DNA from: Candidatus Levyibacteriota bacterium
GTDB lineage: Bacteria; Patescibacteriota; Microgenomatia; Levybacterales; UBA12049
Direction of reading: 5' to 3'
DNA length: 64,000 nucleotides
NCBI GenBank assembly: GCA_963722305.1
Contig: CAVRKE010000002.1
Location: 123,878 to 187,877 of the forward strand
How positions within the stretch are numbered: the first letter of the stretch is position 1; each line of letters opens with the position of its first letter. The translations under genes and the position numbers were made by a program. Under the pieces are notes generated by a model that saw only the letters and a list, made by a program, of their open reading frames with translations, had not been told where the DNA came from and searched no databases. Of the stretch, positions 39,761 to 49,247 are shown one piece after another.

Positions 39761-40156
39761 TTAAGCAGCAGCTGATTCAACACTTGACGGAAATAATCTC
39801 TGTAAAATTCCTTGAGGAAGTGATCTTCTGAGAAATGCTTCTTTGTCAACTCCACCAGAATAAGAACTTTCTAAAACGATCGCATGAGCGCCACAGTCCA
39901 AAATCCTTGCTGAGGCTGCTTCCACCCATGATTGATTTTCTCTAGCAGAGTCAAAATCGTTCGGATCCACCATACCCAACACTCTTCTGTCAGGACCGAC
40001 AAGCCACATTCTATTTGGAATATTACTACTTACCTGATGAGAAAGAACAGCTTCCAATTCACCAGGTTCAAGAAGCGCTAATGGTACGCCTACAGCTGCT
40101 TTTGCTCTTCCAGTAGGATTTGGTTCCATAAATTTTGCTTCAACTATATTTCCCAT
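39761..40156 (-). CDS. Hypothetical 131-aa protein (no recognised family)
   Basis: Driven by a perfect consensus promoter ending 8 nt from the ATG. No family recognised. Confidence 0.5.
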   Translation of the reverse strand: MGNIVEAKFMEPNPTGRAKAAVGVPLALLEPGELEAVLSHQVSSNIPNRMWLVGPDRRVLGMVDPNDFDSARENQSWVEAASARILDCGAHAIVLESSYSGGVDKEAFLRRSLPQGILQRLFPSSVESAAA

Positions 40157-40164
40157 ATTTGAAC

Positions 40165-40192
40165 ATTATAATGGCTAATTTGCATATGTCAA
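40165..40192 (-). promoter_or_regulatory. Consensus sigma70 promoter TTGACA-N16-TATAAT, 8 nt from the ATG (leaderless)
   Basis: On the minus strand: TTGACAtatgcaaattagccatTATAATgttcaaatATG. Confidence 0.6.
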
Positions 40193-40206
40193 CTTTTAAA
40201 CAATAT

Positions 40207-40235
40207 TTGACAAAAATTCATTTGACTGTTACACT
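40207..40235 (+). promoter_or_regulatory. Divergent promoter TTGACA-N17-TACACT abutting the ATG at 40242
   Basis: TTGACAaaaattcatttgactgtTACACTtgtcacATG. Confidence 0.45.
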
Positions 40236-40241
40236 TGTCAC

Positions 40242-40895
40242 ATGATAAGCACGACTTCCGTGGTTGAAAACTTAGTCAAAGCCTCTCCTCTTTTGGAGGA
40301 CGGACTTGCCAGAGGAATCATCAATTATTCCGCCTTGGCTAAAGATTTACGTCCTCAAATTGAAGAAAAACTCTTAAAAAAGGTTGGGCGGAGCGCCATT
40401 GTTATGGCTCTTAAACGAACCAGTAGTAAATTGAAAACAAAAAGAAAAGTTACTCAACAAATAATCAACCTAAGTGGGATAACTGCGCGCTCCAATTTGG
40501 CAGAGCTTACTTATCTTAACTCCGATACAATTATCGAAAAACACAAGAAAGTATTTTTCACTTCCGAAAAAAGAAAAGATATTTTTTGTAATTTAACCCA
40601 AGGCGTTAGAGAGACAATGCTGATAGTCGGAGAAGAAATCCTTACACCGATGGAAAAGCTTTTTGCAGATGAGAGACTGGTTGCAAAAATCAAAAATTTA
40701 TCATCAATCACTATCTTGCTGACAAAAGAAACTGTCAACACACCGGGCGTATATTATTCTATTTTAAAACTGTTGGCATGGAACGAAATTAACATTATCG
40801 ATGTTATCTCCACTTATTCCGAATTAACAATTATTCTCTCCAACAACGATATCGACAGAGCCTTTTCTCTTTTGAAGAACTACAAAAACAATTAA
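40242..40895 (+). CDS. ACT-domain-like regulatory protein (hypothetical)
   Basis: Two beta-alpha-beta-beta-alpha-beta-like segments. Weak assignment. Confidence 0.35.
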   Translation: MISTTSVVENLVKASPLLEDGLARGIINYSALAKDLRPQIEEKLLKKVGRSAIVMALKRTSSKLKTKRKVTQQIINLSGITARSNLAELTYLNSDTIIEKHKKVFFTSEKRKDIFCNLTQGVRETMLIVGEEILTPMEKLFADERLVAKIKNLSSITILLTKETVNTPGVYYSILKLLAWNEINIIDVISTYSELTIILSNNDIDRAFSLLKNYKNN

Positions 40896-41878
40896 GCGGA
40901 AATTTCGAATTTAGATACTAATTCGTGTGCTTTTTCTTTATTCTTTTCGGTGACGTCTATTCTGACCATTCCGACATTCGGCTGGCCATAGAAAGTCGAA
41001 AACCCTAGAGGTGAAACCAGTATTACCGGTAAAACCGCCAAATCTTCTTCCCCTTCCACTAAGATTACTTTTTTATCTTTAGTTTTAAAAGCCTCGGTTA
41101 CTGCCCGAAACAACTCCGGAGTAATTGTACCGTGGGGATTTTTTACTTTTTGGAAAATATGGTTATTAAAGCCCAATTCCGAAAGGTCATGGAATTTAAT
41201 TTGTCGCTGCACCAAAAAATCAACAATTGACAGAAACTGACCGACACCTTTTTGATTGAACATTTGTGTATTAATGTCACCGATGGTTATAGTTTTTGCA
41301 GCCTCAATATTTTCCGGTACCTCAAACAAAACTTCTCCCCAAGGTTTTTGCAACTCTGGGCGCAAATTTTCCGGGAGAATCAAAGTTTTATTCTGCCAAT
41401 TGGGATTTAGATAAAGCCTACCGTCTCTATTTATTTCTCCGTTTCTAATTCTAGTCGCAGAAATAATCTTTCCGTCCTCCGCAAGCCCTAGAGTAACTTT
41501 GACTATTTCAAGTTCCGGTAATTTTTTCTCTTGTCTTTTTTTGTTGATATCAACTGCCATTTGCTCCGTCTGTGAAGTGATGGCAATGGCTTGAGGATTA
41601 AATTCATTAGCCAAAAGCGGACCAAAATAATCATCGATTGAGACTATCTGAATTCTCTCCGAGGCATTAATTGAGTTTAAAAACTGTTCGAGTACTTTTT
41701 TTCTGCTTTCAAACGATTCAATTTCTTTTCCCTCTTTAAACGCCTGAACATATGCATCACTGGTTAAACCTAAAACAATTTTTTCGGAAACCCTTAAAAT
41801 ATTTTGTATGAAACTTTTATGCCCCGCATGCAGTAAATCGAAAGTTCCGCCGCAAGCAATCAGATTATATTTGGTCAT
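40892..41878 (-). CDS. Bifunctional archaeal-type phosphopantetheine adenylyltransferase / GTP-dependent dephospho-CoA kinase (DUF359) fusion
   Basis: N-terminal cytidylyltransferase motif GGTFDLLHAGH. C-terminal DUF359-like ITIGD...ILVEGEEDLAVLP. Confidence 0.6.
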   Translation of the reverse strand: MTKYNLIACGGTFDLLHAGHKSFIQNILRVSEKIVLGLTSDAYVQAFKEGKEIESFESRKKVLEQFLNSINASERIQIVSIDDYFGPLLANEFNPQAIAITSQTEQMAVDINKKRQEKKLPELEIVKVTLGLAEDGKIISATRIRNGEINRDGRLYLNPNWQNKTLILPENLRPELQKPWGEVLFEVPENIEAAKTITIGDINTQMFNQKGVGQFLSIVDFLVQRQIKFHDLSELGFNNHIFQKVKNPHGTITPELFRAVTEAFKTKDKKVILVEGEEDLAVLPVILVSPLGFSTFYGQPNVGMVRIDVTEKNKEKAHELVSKFEISA

Positions 41879-41887
41879 AAGAGGATT

Positions 41888-43123
41888 TTATAGCACTTTT
41901 AGTTCTTTTGCCACTTTTTTAAACGCAGCAATACCAATGTCTAAATCTTTTTTGGAATGGGCAGCCGACGGAATAACTCTAATTCTTGCTTTCCCCTTGG
42001 CAACCATTGGAAAAACTATCGGTGTTGCAAATACATTTTCTTCGAAAAGTTTAGCACTGAACTGCTTGGCTAATTCCTCATCTCCAAGCATTACGGGAGT
42101 AATCGGACTTTCCGGATGTCCCGTATCAAAACCCAAGTCTCCGAATCTTTCCCTAAGATACTTTGTATTATCCCACAGTTTTTTAACCAGGGCATCGGAT
42201 TCGAGTAAAATATTGATTGCCTCCAAAGCTGCGGCCGTATCCGGAATTGTTAAGGCGATTGAAAAGAGTCTCTGTCTTGCCTTTAGATTATAATAATCAA
42301 TTAAACTTTTGCGGCCGGCAATAAATCCACCGATGACGGAAAATGCTTTAGAAAGACTACCAATTTCTATATCAATTTTTCCCACCAAATCAAAATGGTC
42401 AACCACGCCTCTTCCACCTCGTCCCATAACTCCCTCACCATGAGCATCATCTACCATCGTTAGTGCGCCGTATTGTTTAGCAAACTTGACAATTTCAGGA
42501 AGCGGGGCCAGATCGCCGTCCATCGAAAAAACACCGTCAGTGACGATAAGAACCGTTGGCATTTGTCCGTCTAATTTTGCCTGCCCGCCATCGCTACGCT
42601 CAGGCGCTTGCGGGCGGGGCGTTTTTGCTAATTGGGAAGCTTCCTTTAATTTTTCTTCCAAATCATTTGCGTCTCCATGTTTATAAATGAATTTGTTTTT
42701 TACACCGGAAAGTCTCACCGCGTCGATAATCGACGCGTGATTTAGTTCATCTGAAATAACAATGTCTTCTTTGCCAATAATTGTTTGTATTGCCGCCGCA
42801 TTTGCCATATAGGCGCTGGAAAAAACAACTGAGGCTTCGGTGCCCTTAAATTTGGCGATTGCTTCTTCAAGCTGAAGGTGAAGGGTGTGGGTTCCGGCCA
42901 GAGTCCGGTAACCCGTTCCTAAACCGTATTCGGCAATTGCCTCTTGTGCGGCTTTTTTGAGTCTTTCGTCTTCAGCCAATCCCAGATAATGACTGGAACA
43001 AAAATTTAATTTTTTAACGCCACCGATTGTTAAATACGCTCCCTGTCCGGATTCAATCACTCTGGGACTGGCACCTGATTTTATCGCTTCTTCCAGTTGT
43101 TTGTAAAAATCGGCTACATTCAT
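41888..43123 (-). CDS. kbl: 2-amino-3-ketobutyrate CoA ligase (glycine C-acetyltransferase)
   Basis: PLP class-II aminotransferase motifs (SLSKAFSVIGG). Adjacent to tdh. Confidence 0.8.
   Translation of the reverse strand: MNVADFYKQLEEAIKSGASPRVIESGQGAYLTIGGVKKLNFCSSHYLGLAEDERLKKAAQEAIAEYGLGTGYRTLAGTHTLHLQLEEAIAKFKGTEASVVFSSAYMANAAAIQTIIGKEDIVISDELNHASIIDAVRLSGVKNKFIYKHGDANDLEEKLKEASQLAKTPRPQAPERSDGGQAKLDGQMPTVLIVTDGVFSMDGDLAPLPEIVKFAKQYGALTMVDDAHGEGVMGRGGRGVVDHFDLVGKIDIEIGSLSKAFSVIGGFIAGRKSLIDYYNLKARQRLFSIALTIPDTAAALEAINILLESDALVKKLWDNTKYLRERFGDLGFDTGHPESPITPVMLGDEELAKQFSAKLFEENVFATPIVFPMVAKGKARIRVIPSAAHSKKDLDIGIAAFKKVAKELKVL
42582..42622. repeat. GC-rich palindromic in-frame insertion element (copy 2) inside kbl
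   Basis: ctgcccgccatcgctacgctcaggcgcttgcgggcggggcg. Encodes KTPRPQAPERSDGGQAKLDG, which is absent from canonical Kbl. Confidence 0.7.
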
Positions 43124-44139
43124 GGTTGTAAAATAATTTTACCACACTTACCGGATTTCATCACTTTCATGGCTTTTTCAAATTCATAAAGACGAAATTC
43201 ATGAGTCACAATTTTACTTAAGTCTACTTTGCCTTTTGTCAAAAGCTCCGAAACTTTTTCCCAAGTTTTCCAAATATTTCTACCAAATATTCCTTTTATC
43301 GTCAATTCTTTATCGATGATATACTTGCCAAAATCAACAGCAATTTCGCTATCTGGAATTCCAAAAGCAATCACCTTTCCAGCCATAGCTACTATTTCAA
43401 AAGCGGCTGTAATTGCCTCCCTGTTTCCCGACATTTCAAAGATTACATCAACAGCGCCATAATATTTTTTGGGTAACTTCCGATATACTTCATCTACTCC
43501 CATTTCTTTTGCCAAATTTCTTCTGTACTCCCCTCTATTAATTCCAATTACTTTAGCCGCTCCAAAGGCTTTTGCGGCAACTATCGCACACAGTCCTGTC
43601 GGACCTAGTCCTATTATCGCTACCGTCTTACCCTTTACTTGGGCTTCGCTGACAGCATGCACGGCATTTCCGAATGGCTCCTGGGAACTCATTTCCACCA
43701 GGGGAATGCTTGAATTATTCTTCCAAGTTGTTTTTAGGGGAATGGTGGCATACTCGGCAAAACTGCCATTTCTACTTATCCCGAAGAGCTGCATCTTCTC
43801 ACAGATATGCCGGTTACCGATTTTACACTGGCGGCATTTTCCGCAAAAAATATGTGTTTCCGACGAAACTAAATCTCCAACTTTAATTTTTTGTGGGTTA
43901 TCATCTCCGTTAATTTCCAATACCTCCCCAACTATTTCATGACCGATAATCACCGGCGGCTTAATCTGTTCCTGGGCCCAAAGATTCCAATCGTAAATTC
44001 CAACGTCTGTTCCACAAATAGAGGCAAGCTTAACTTTAACCAGCACTTCTCCCTTTTTCGGCTTGGGGATGGGAACGTTTTTTATCAATATTCCCGGGGC
44101 TTTCTTTTCTTTGACTACCGCAAGCATTGTATTTTCCAT
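43120..44139 (-). CDS. tdh: L-threonine 3-dehydrogenase (Zn-dependent)
   Basis: Zn-ADH motifs (CGTDVGIYDWNLWA, GHEIVGEV). Confidence 0.85.
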   Translation of the reverse strand: MENTMLAVVKEKKAPGILIKNVPIPKPKKGEVLVKVKLASICGTDVGIYDWNLWAQEQIKPPVIIGHEIVGEVLEINGDDNPQKIKVGDLVSSETHIFCGKCRQCKIGNRHICEKMQLFGISRNGSFAEYATIPLKTTWKNNSSIPLVEMSSQEPFGNAVHAVSEAQVKGKTVAIIGLGPTGLCAIVAAKAFGAAKVIGINRGEYRRNLAKEMGVDEVYRKLPKKYYGAVDVIFEMSGNREAITAAFEIVAMAGKVIAFGIPDSEIAVDFGKYIIDKELTIKGIFGRNIWKTWEKVSELLTKGKVDLSKIVTHEFRLYEFEKAMKVMKSGKCGKIILQP

Positions 44140-44191
44140 AAGGCAATAAATATGAATTACTTGAATCTCTTCTGCTGTTTTGTTCTAATGA

Positions 44192-44662
44192 TTATTCTAC
44201 AGAAACAATCGTGTAGGAAACTGTGCCTGCCGGAGCTTCCACTTCTACTTTGTCCCCGATCCTTTTGCCAAGCAGCGCTTTGCCCAGAGGAGATTCGTGG
44301 GAGATTTTCTTTTCTTTGGGATCGGCTTCCCATTCACCGACAACTGTAAATACTTCTTTCTTGCTTTTAATATGGACAGTGACCGTTGAACCCAACTTGA
44401 CCACGTGATTTCCCTTGGCATGGCTTTCCTGAATTGGAACAGCTTGCTTTATTAACTCTTCCAATTCATCGATTCTTCCGTCAATAAACGATAGCTCTTC
44501 CCTGGCAGCCACGTATTCGGCGTTCTCCGAAAGGTCTCCCATGCTTCTTGCCTGGGATACTCTTTCCAAAACTTCCGGTCTTTTTACTTTAATTAACTCT
44601 TCGTACTCCTGTTTTAATTCTCCCAGTCCGGTTTTTGTTAAGTATATTTTTTTGGTGTCCAT
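44192..44662 (-). CDS. greA: Transcription elongation factor GreA
   Basis: N-terminal coiled coil followed by an FKBP-like C-terminus. 156 aa. Confidence 0.9.
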   Translation of the reverse strand: MDTKKIYLTKTGLGELKQEYEELIKVKRPEVLERVSQARSMGDLSENAEYVAAREELSFIDGRIDELEELIKQAVPIQESHAKGNHVVKLGSTVTVHIKSKKEVFTVVGEWEADPKEKKISHESPLGKALLGKRIGDKVEVEAPAGTVSYTIVSVE

Positions 44663-44694
44663 AGCCTATTCAAAATAAAATCCCTCACAGTATA
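44661..44694 (-). terminator. Intrinsic terminator (TCCCTC...GAGGGA followed by a T-run on the minus strand)
   Basis: Shares the CCCTCACA stem core with the terminator upstream of secA. Confidence 0.5.
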
Positions 44695-44793
44695 ACTAGA
44701 GGGAATAATAAAATAATTTCAATTAACCTTAAGCATGATATAGTAACCGAAATCTTTTGTCAATAACCTCTAGTAGTATATTAGGGGATATTT

Positions 44794-45672
44794 CTAAAGA
44801 TGGTATTTTAATAATTGGCGTTTATATTTTTTTAAAACAGCAGTTTTGTAATCAAAGGGGTGAAATTTCAAAAAACCGTCTTCTGTTATTTCGTTGGTAA
44901 TGTGGCTTTGCATATACTTTAATTGTAAGAACTTTGCTATTTTCTCCAATTGTGTAATGGTCAGAACTGTTACTAAAAATTCTTTAATCCATGTATTTTT
45001 GCAAGACGGAACGTTCTTAACGACGCTAAAGTTGGGTAGATAATTTTTAACCCAATTATTCTGTTGAAGGAAAGTTTGATAGGTATGTTCCTTATTAAAA
45101 ACTGGCAGCAGCTGCACAATTTCGTGGGCCGTATAAAGATCCCTGCTAGTCTGACTAAGGTCGATTCGAGTTTCGTCCAAGATAAGATTTAGGCAAATTT
45201 TATTGGCGTAATTTTTACTTTGTCTATTTCGATAAACGCCTAAAACTGATAACAGAATTACCAGAAATAATCTTGTTGTCCACGCCAAATTTTTTTTAGT
45301 GATAATAAAAAGGTCGATATCATCTTCCTCGTCGGAGTTTCGCATTGACAGCGCACCGCTGACACCGACGAATTTTATTGGTGGAATAAAGCTAACCCTT
45401 TTAATAATATCTTTGGCTCTGGAAAGCTTAGTGATACTTACCTTTTCTCTTCTTTCTCTCTTAGCAACCAAGTCTTGTTTTCCCCTGATGTAAAAATATT
45501 TTTTTGATCTTTCAATTGGCAAATGGCTATTTTTCAAGCTTTCTATTATCTCCGACAGGCTTACGCTTTTTTCCGAAATAAGGAATTTAAAAATTTCTTC
45601 TTTGGTCAGAGGATAATCGAAAAGATCGGCGTAGAGCAGCGTCTTTAGAATAGATTTTTCTCTACTGTCCAT
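44794..45672 (-). CDS. Hypothetical protein with a possible nucleotidyltransferase-fold motif
   Basis: GVSGALSM...DDIDLFIIT resembles a G[SG]...DxD NTase signature. Confidence 0.35.
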   Translation of the reverse strand: MDSREKSILKTLLYADLFDYPLTKEEIFKFLISEKSVSLSEIIESLKNSHLPIERSKKYFYIRGKQDLVAKRERREKVSITKLSRAKDIIKRVSFIPPIKFVGVSGALSMRNSDEEDDIDLFIITKKNLAWTTRLFLVILLSVLGVYRNRQSKNYANKICLNLILDETRIDLSQTSRDLYTAHEIVQLLPVFNKEHTYQTFLQQNNWVKNYLPNFSVVKNVPSCKNTWIKEFLVTVLTITQLEKIAKFLQLKYMQSHITNEITEDGFLKFHPFDYKTAVLKKYKRQLLKYHL

Positions 45673-47227
45673 ACTTTTGCATCACCTGTGAAATCCCTTG
45701 CGAAAGCGTGCTATAAGCCGACTGGGCAGACCCGCCACTCAAAATTGAATTAACAGCATTTTCAAGATACGTATTGGATTCCTGATTCAATCCGTCATCG
45801 TAGGTCTGATCAACCATATAAGATGAAAAAGCATCAGGCGCCTGCGCTATGAAAGGATAAATTATGGTATTTGTTTTTAAAGTATCTCCGAGGTCTACTC
45901 TTGCATAAAGTTCACCAAAAGCTCTGGTTTTAGCTATGTCTGCATAAAACTTTTCCTCGGTTTCTTTTTCTGCCAAATATTGCATAAACAACAACGCTTC
46001 TTTTTGGTGCTGGCTTTTGACCGAGGCCCCTTCCACCCAATAACTGGCGAGCGTAACGTTTTGATTTGGAAGTTGCGGAACAGGCACTATCTCAAAAGCA
46101 AGGCCGGGACCTGCGGCTTGCTTGATAGTAAAATAATCCCAAGAATAGCCAAAATACATTGCTAAGTTTCCTTTGGAAAATTCCAAGATTGACGGATCCA
46201 GCGTATCGTCCCACACATTATTCTGATCCGTAACAAAAGACGTATAAAAAGTCAGCGCTCCTGCACCTCGATCTGCTGAGCTTTGGAGATTATTAAGGTC
46301 TACGCCGTTTTGTAAAAGAAGCAAAGAAAGAATATCCGGAGCATGAGTAATATTTGAATATGAACCAATGGCTGCTCCGGCAGTTTTTATCTTCCCGTTT
46401 GTATCCTTTACTGTTAATTCTTTGGCATCGTTAGTAAAATCTTCCCAAGTTGTCGGAGGCCCAAGACCATCAGACTGGAATAGCTGTTTATTAATAAATA
46501 GCGACAACGTATCTATTTCAAGGGGTATGCCATAAATTCCGCCATTTTTAATTAAATCTTTTTGGGCAACGGGATAAAAGCTTTGATTAAATTCTTCTTT
46601 TGAAATTGTGTCACTAGGTAGCGGAAGTAAAACACTTGCCAGCATTGGATACCAAGAATTATGAAACCGGAAAATATCCGGTCCGGTTCCGTTAGCTATT
46701 CTGGTTAAAAGTCTTTCCCGGTATTGTTTTATATCTTGCTTTGAATAATTAATTGTTATGTTCGGATTGGCTCTTTCAAAATCGGAGATTATGCCCTGCA
46801 TGCTGCTACTATCTTCCCAAAGCCCCCAGTAGGTCAGAGTTACGTTCTTCGAAGAGCTTTTTGGTAAGTGCGGAATCACGACAAAAAAAGCCAATAAAAA
46901 AACCAGCAGGACAACCACCAACCCGATTAAAACTTTTACCACTCTTTTTATTACCGAGAAAGTGTTTCCCCCGGAATGGTTATCTTGTAAGCCTGAAGAC
47001 AAATCTACCACCGTTGAAGGCGGAGGCGGTGGAGCATCTAATGGTGGCTGTGGTGTTTGCAAATCCTGAGCATTTGCCTGAAGGGGAACTCCCTGAGCTT
47101 GAGATACCGGCGCAGAAGCAGCTGCCGCCGGTACAGTTGCTCCTGGTGTATTTTGAAAATTTTGGCCACTAGGATTTTCAAACAAGGTTTGATCATTATC
47201 CATAGCTATTTTATAGTATAATACCAA
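45662..47227 (-). CDS. Membrane-anchored extracellular solute-binding protein (ABC type-1 SBP) with a Pro-rich N-terminal tail
   Basis: SBP_bac_1-like domain after a TM helix. No adjacent permease or ATPase. Confidence 0.6.
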   Translation of the reverse strand: MVLYYKIAMDNDQTLFENPSGQNFQNTPGATVPAAAASAPVSQAQGVPLQANAQDLQTPQPPLDAPPPPPSTVVDLSSGLQDNHSGGNTFSVIKRVVKVLIGLVVVLLVFLLAFFVVIPHLPKSSSKNVTLTYWGLWEDSSSMQGIISDFERANPNITINYSKQDIKQYRERLLTRIANGTGPDIFRFHNSWYPMLASVLLPLPSDTISKEEFNQSFYPVAQKDLIKNGGIYGIPLEIDTLSLFINKQLFQSDGLGPPTTWEDFTNDAKELTVKDTNGKIKTAGAAIGSYSNITHAPDILSLLLLQNGVDLNNLQSSADRGAGALTFYTSFVTDQNNVWDDTLDPSILEFSKGNLAMYFGYSWDYFTIKQAAGPGLAFEIVPVPQLPNQNVTLASYWVEGASVKSQHQKEALLFMQYLAEKETEEKFYADIAKTRAFGELYARVDLGDTLKTNTIIYPFIAQAPDAFSSYMVDQTYDDGLNQESNTYLENAVNSILSGGSAQSAYSTLSQGISQVMQKYGQ

Positions 47228-47242
47228 ATATAAACCATATCA

Positions 47243-48694
47243 ATGAAGATTAATCTCCACAAGCTTAACAAACTTAAATTTGGCATCAGATTCAAGTACT
47301 CGAAACGTCTAATCCGCATTTCCCGGGTAGTCTTCTGGTTTTCTGTTGGTGCCATACTGTCATTTTTCTTTATCATCAGCTTTAGCTTTTTTGCATATCA
47401 AAAAATTTATGCAAACAAAGTTTATCAAGGAGTTTATGTTGATAATGTAAATTTTGGCGGCGAAACCAAACAGGCGGTAAGTGATTTCTTTACTGCAAAA
47501 AACTCCCAAATAAAAAACGCCCAGATTACTTTCGCAAGTGATTACGGGATTGCCACGGTTTCCGCCGGTCAAATCAGTCTTGGTTATGACCAAAATCTTT
47601 CTTCCGACCAGGCTTACAGCATCGGCAGATCGGGAAATCTGATTTCAGACCTAAGCATCATTCTTCAAGCTTATATCAATGGCATTTATCTTCCGGCAGC
47701 TTACTCCTATGATCAAAACACACTTTTAACTTTAATCCAGCCTGTTTCGCAAAAGATAGAAGAAAAACCTATTGATGCCCTGTTTAAATTCGAAAACAAC
47801 CGGGTAACGACTTTTCGGCCCTCTGAGAACGGGCAGACACTAGATCTTGACTTACTGGATAAAAAAATTGTTTCCGACATCCCCGACATTGTTTCCGCAG
47901 GAAGAAATTTAGCAGTCTCAATCACTATTCCTATAAAAATAATCCCACCCGACATTACTACCGAAAAGGTCAACAACCTGGGCATTAAAGAGTTAATCGG
48001 TGTTGGCCATTCTCTTTTTTATGACTCTATCCAAAGCAGAATCTTTAACATCAACCTTGCCGCTAACAGACTTAATGGCATACTGGTTGCCCCGGGTGAA
48101 ACTTTTTCCTTCGACAAAGCCCTTGGTGACGTCTCTGCCTTTACCGGTTATCAACAGGCTTATGTTATCCAGAACGGGAAAACCGTCTTGGGAGACGGCG
48201 GTGGAGTCTGCCAAGTTTCAACCACATTTTTTAGAGCTTTGCTTAACGCCGGCTTACCAATTGTGGAAAGACATGCCCATGCCTACAGAGTCGGCTACTA
48301 CGAGGAAGATTCTCCTCCGGGTTTGGATGCAACCATTTATGTACCCACTGTTGACCTGAAATTCTTAAACGATACCGGACATTATATTCTAATTCAAAGC
48401 AAAATCGACCTTGACAATTTGGCTTTAACCTTTGAGTTGTATGGAACAAGTGACGGCAGGCGGGTCATGATGACCACGCCGGTTGTCAGCAATCAAACGC
48501 CGCCGCCGCCGACTCTTTATCAGGATGATCCTACACTTCCAAAAGGACAATTAAAACAAACGGATTTTGCGGCTTGGGGAGCAGATGTCTACTTCACCAG
48601 AACCGTCACCAGAAACGGTAAAACAATAATTTTTGACAAATTTGTTTCCGACTACCAACCCTGGCAAGCGGTTTATTTAAGGGGGACGCAATAA
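47243..48694 (+). CDS. VanW-family protein
   Basis: VanW core with GGGVCQVSTTFF. Confidence 0.75.
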   Translation: MKINLHKLNKLKFGIRFKYSKRLIRISRVVFWFSVGAILSFFFIISFSFFAYQKIYANKVYQGVYVDNVNFGGETKQAVSDFFTAKNSQIKNAQITFASDYGIATVSAGQISLGYDQNLSSDQAYSIGRSGNLISDLSIILQAYINGIYLPAAYSYDQNTLLTLIQPVSQKIEEKPIDALFKFENNRVTTFRPSENGQTLDLDLLDKKIVSDIPDIVSAGRNLAVSITIPIKIIPPDITTEKVNNLGIKELIGVGHSLFYDSIQSRIFNINLAANRLNGILVAPGETFSFDKALGDVSAFTGYQQAYVIQNGKTVLGDGGGVCQVSTTFFRALLNAGLPIVERHAHAYRVGYYEEDSPPGLDATIYVPTVDLKFLNDTGHYILIQSKIDLDNLALTFELYGTSDGRRVMMTTPVVSNQTPPPPTLYQDDPTLPKGQLKQTDFAAWGADVYFTRTVTRNGKTIIFDKFVSDYQPWQAVYLRGTQ

Positions 48695-49218
48695 TGCGAC
48701 ACTTTGAAAAAGTTAGTCCCCGCGTGGGAAATAGAATTGTTAATATTCAAGAAGCGGCAAAAATCAGCCGCAGACTAAAAAAGGAAGGAAAAACTGTGGT
48801 TCTTACCGGAGGTTGTTTCGATATTCTTCACTTAGGCCACCTCAAATTCTTAGAGGCGGCAAAAAAAGGCGGTGACATCTTGTTTGTCTTTGTGGAAAGC
48901 GATGAAAACGTCCGCAGAGTTAAAGGCGAGAACCGGCCAATCAATACCCAGGATGAAAGAATCGGTTTACTGGCAGCAATCCGTTTCGTCGACTATGTAA
49001 TAAAATTGCCTCTTATGCACGACAACAACGACTACGACAAATTGACAAAAATGGTACAACCGTCAATTATTGCCGTCACCAAGGGAAGCGAGGTTATAAA
49101 ACATGCCCGAAGACAGGCAGAAAAAATCGGTTGCGAAGTTATCGAAGTAGTTGGCAGAATTCCCGACCGTTCTACCTCAAAAATTGCCGGGATTATCTCC
49201 GCAGAAAATAAATTATGA
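48694..49218 (+). CDS. Cytidylyltransferase-family protein (RfaE domain II / HldE C-terminus-like heptose-1-P adenylyltransferase)
   Basis: VVLTGGCFDILHLGHLKFL motif. Confidence 0.6.
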   Translation: MRHFEKVSPRVGNRIVNIQEAAKISRRLKKEGKTVVLTGGCFDILHLGHLKFLEAAKKGGDILFVFVESDENVRRVKGENRPINTQDERIGLLAAIRFVDYVIKLPLMHDNNDYDKLTKMVQPSIIAVTKGSEVIKHARRQAEKIGCEVIEVVGRIPDRSTSKIAGIISAENKL

Positions 49219-49247
49219 CCCAAGGAAATAGCGAATGAATTGAACCT

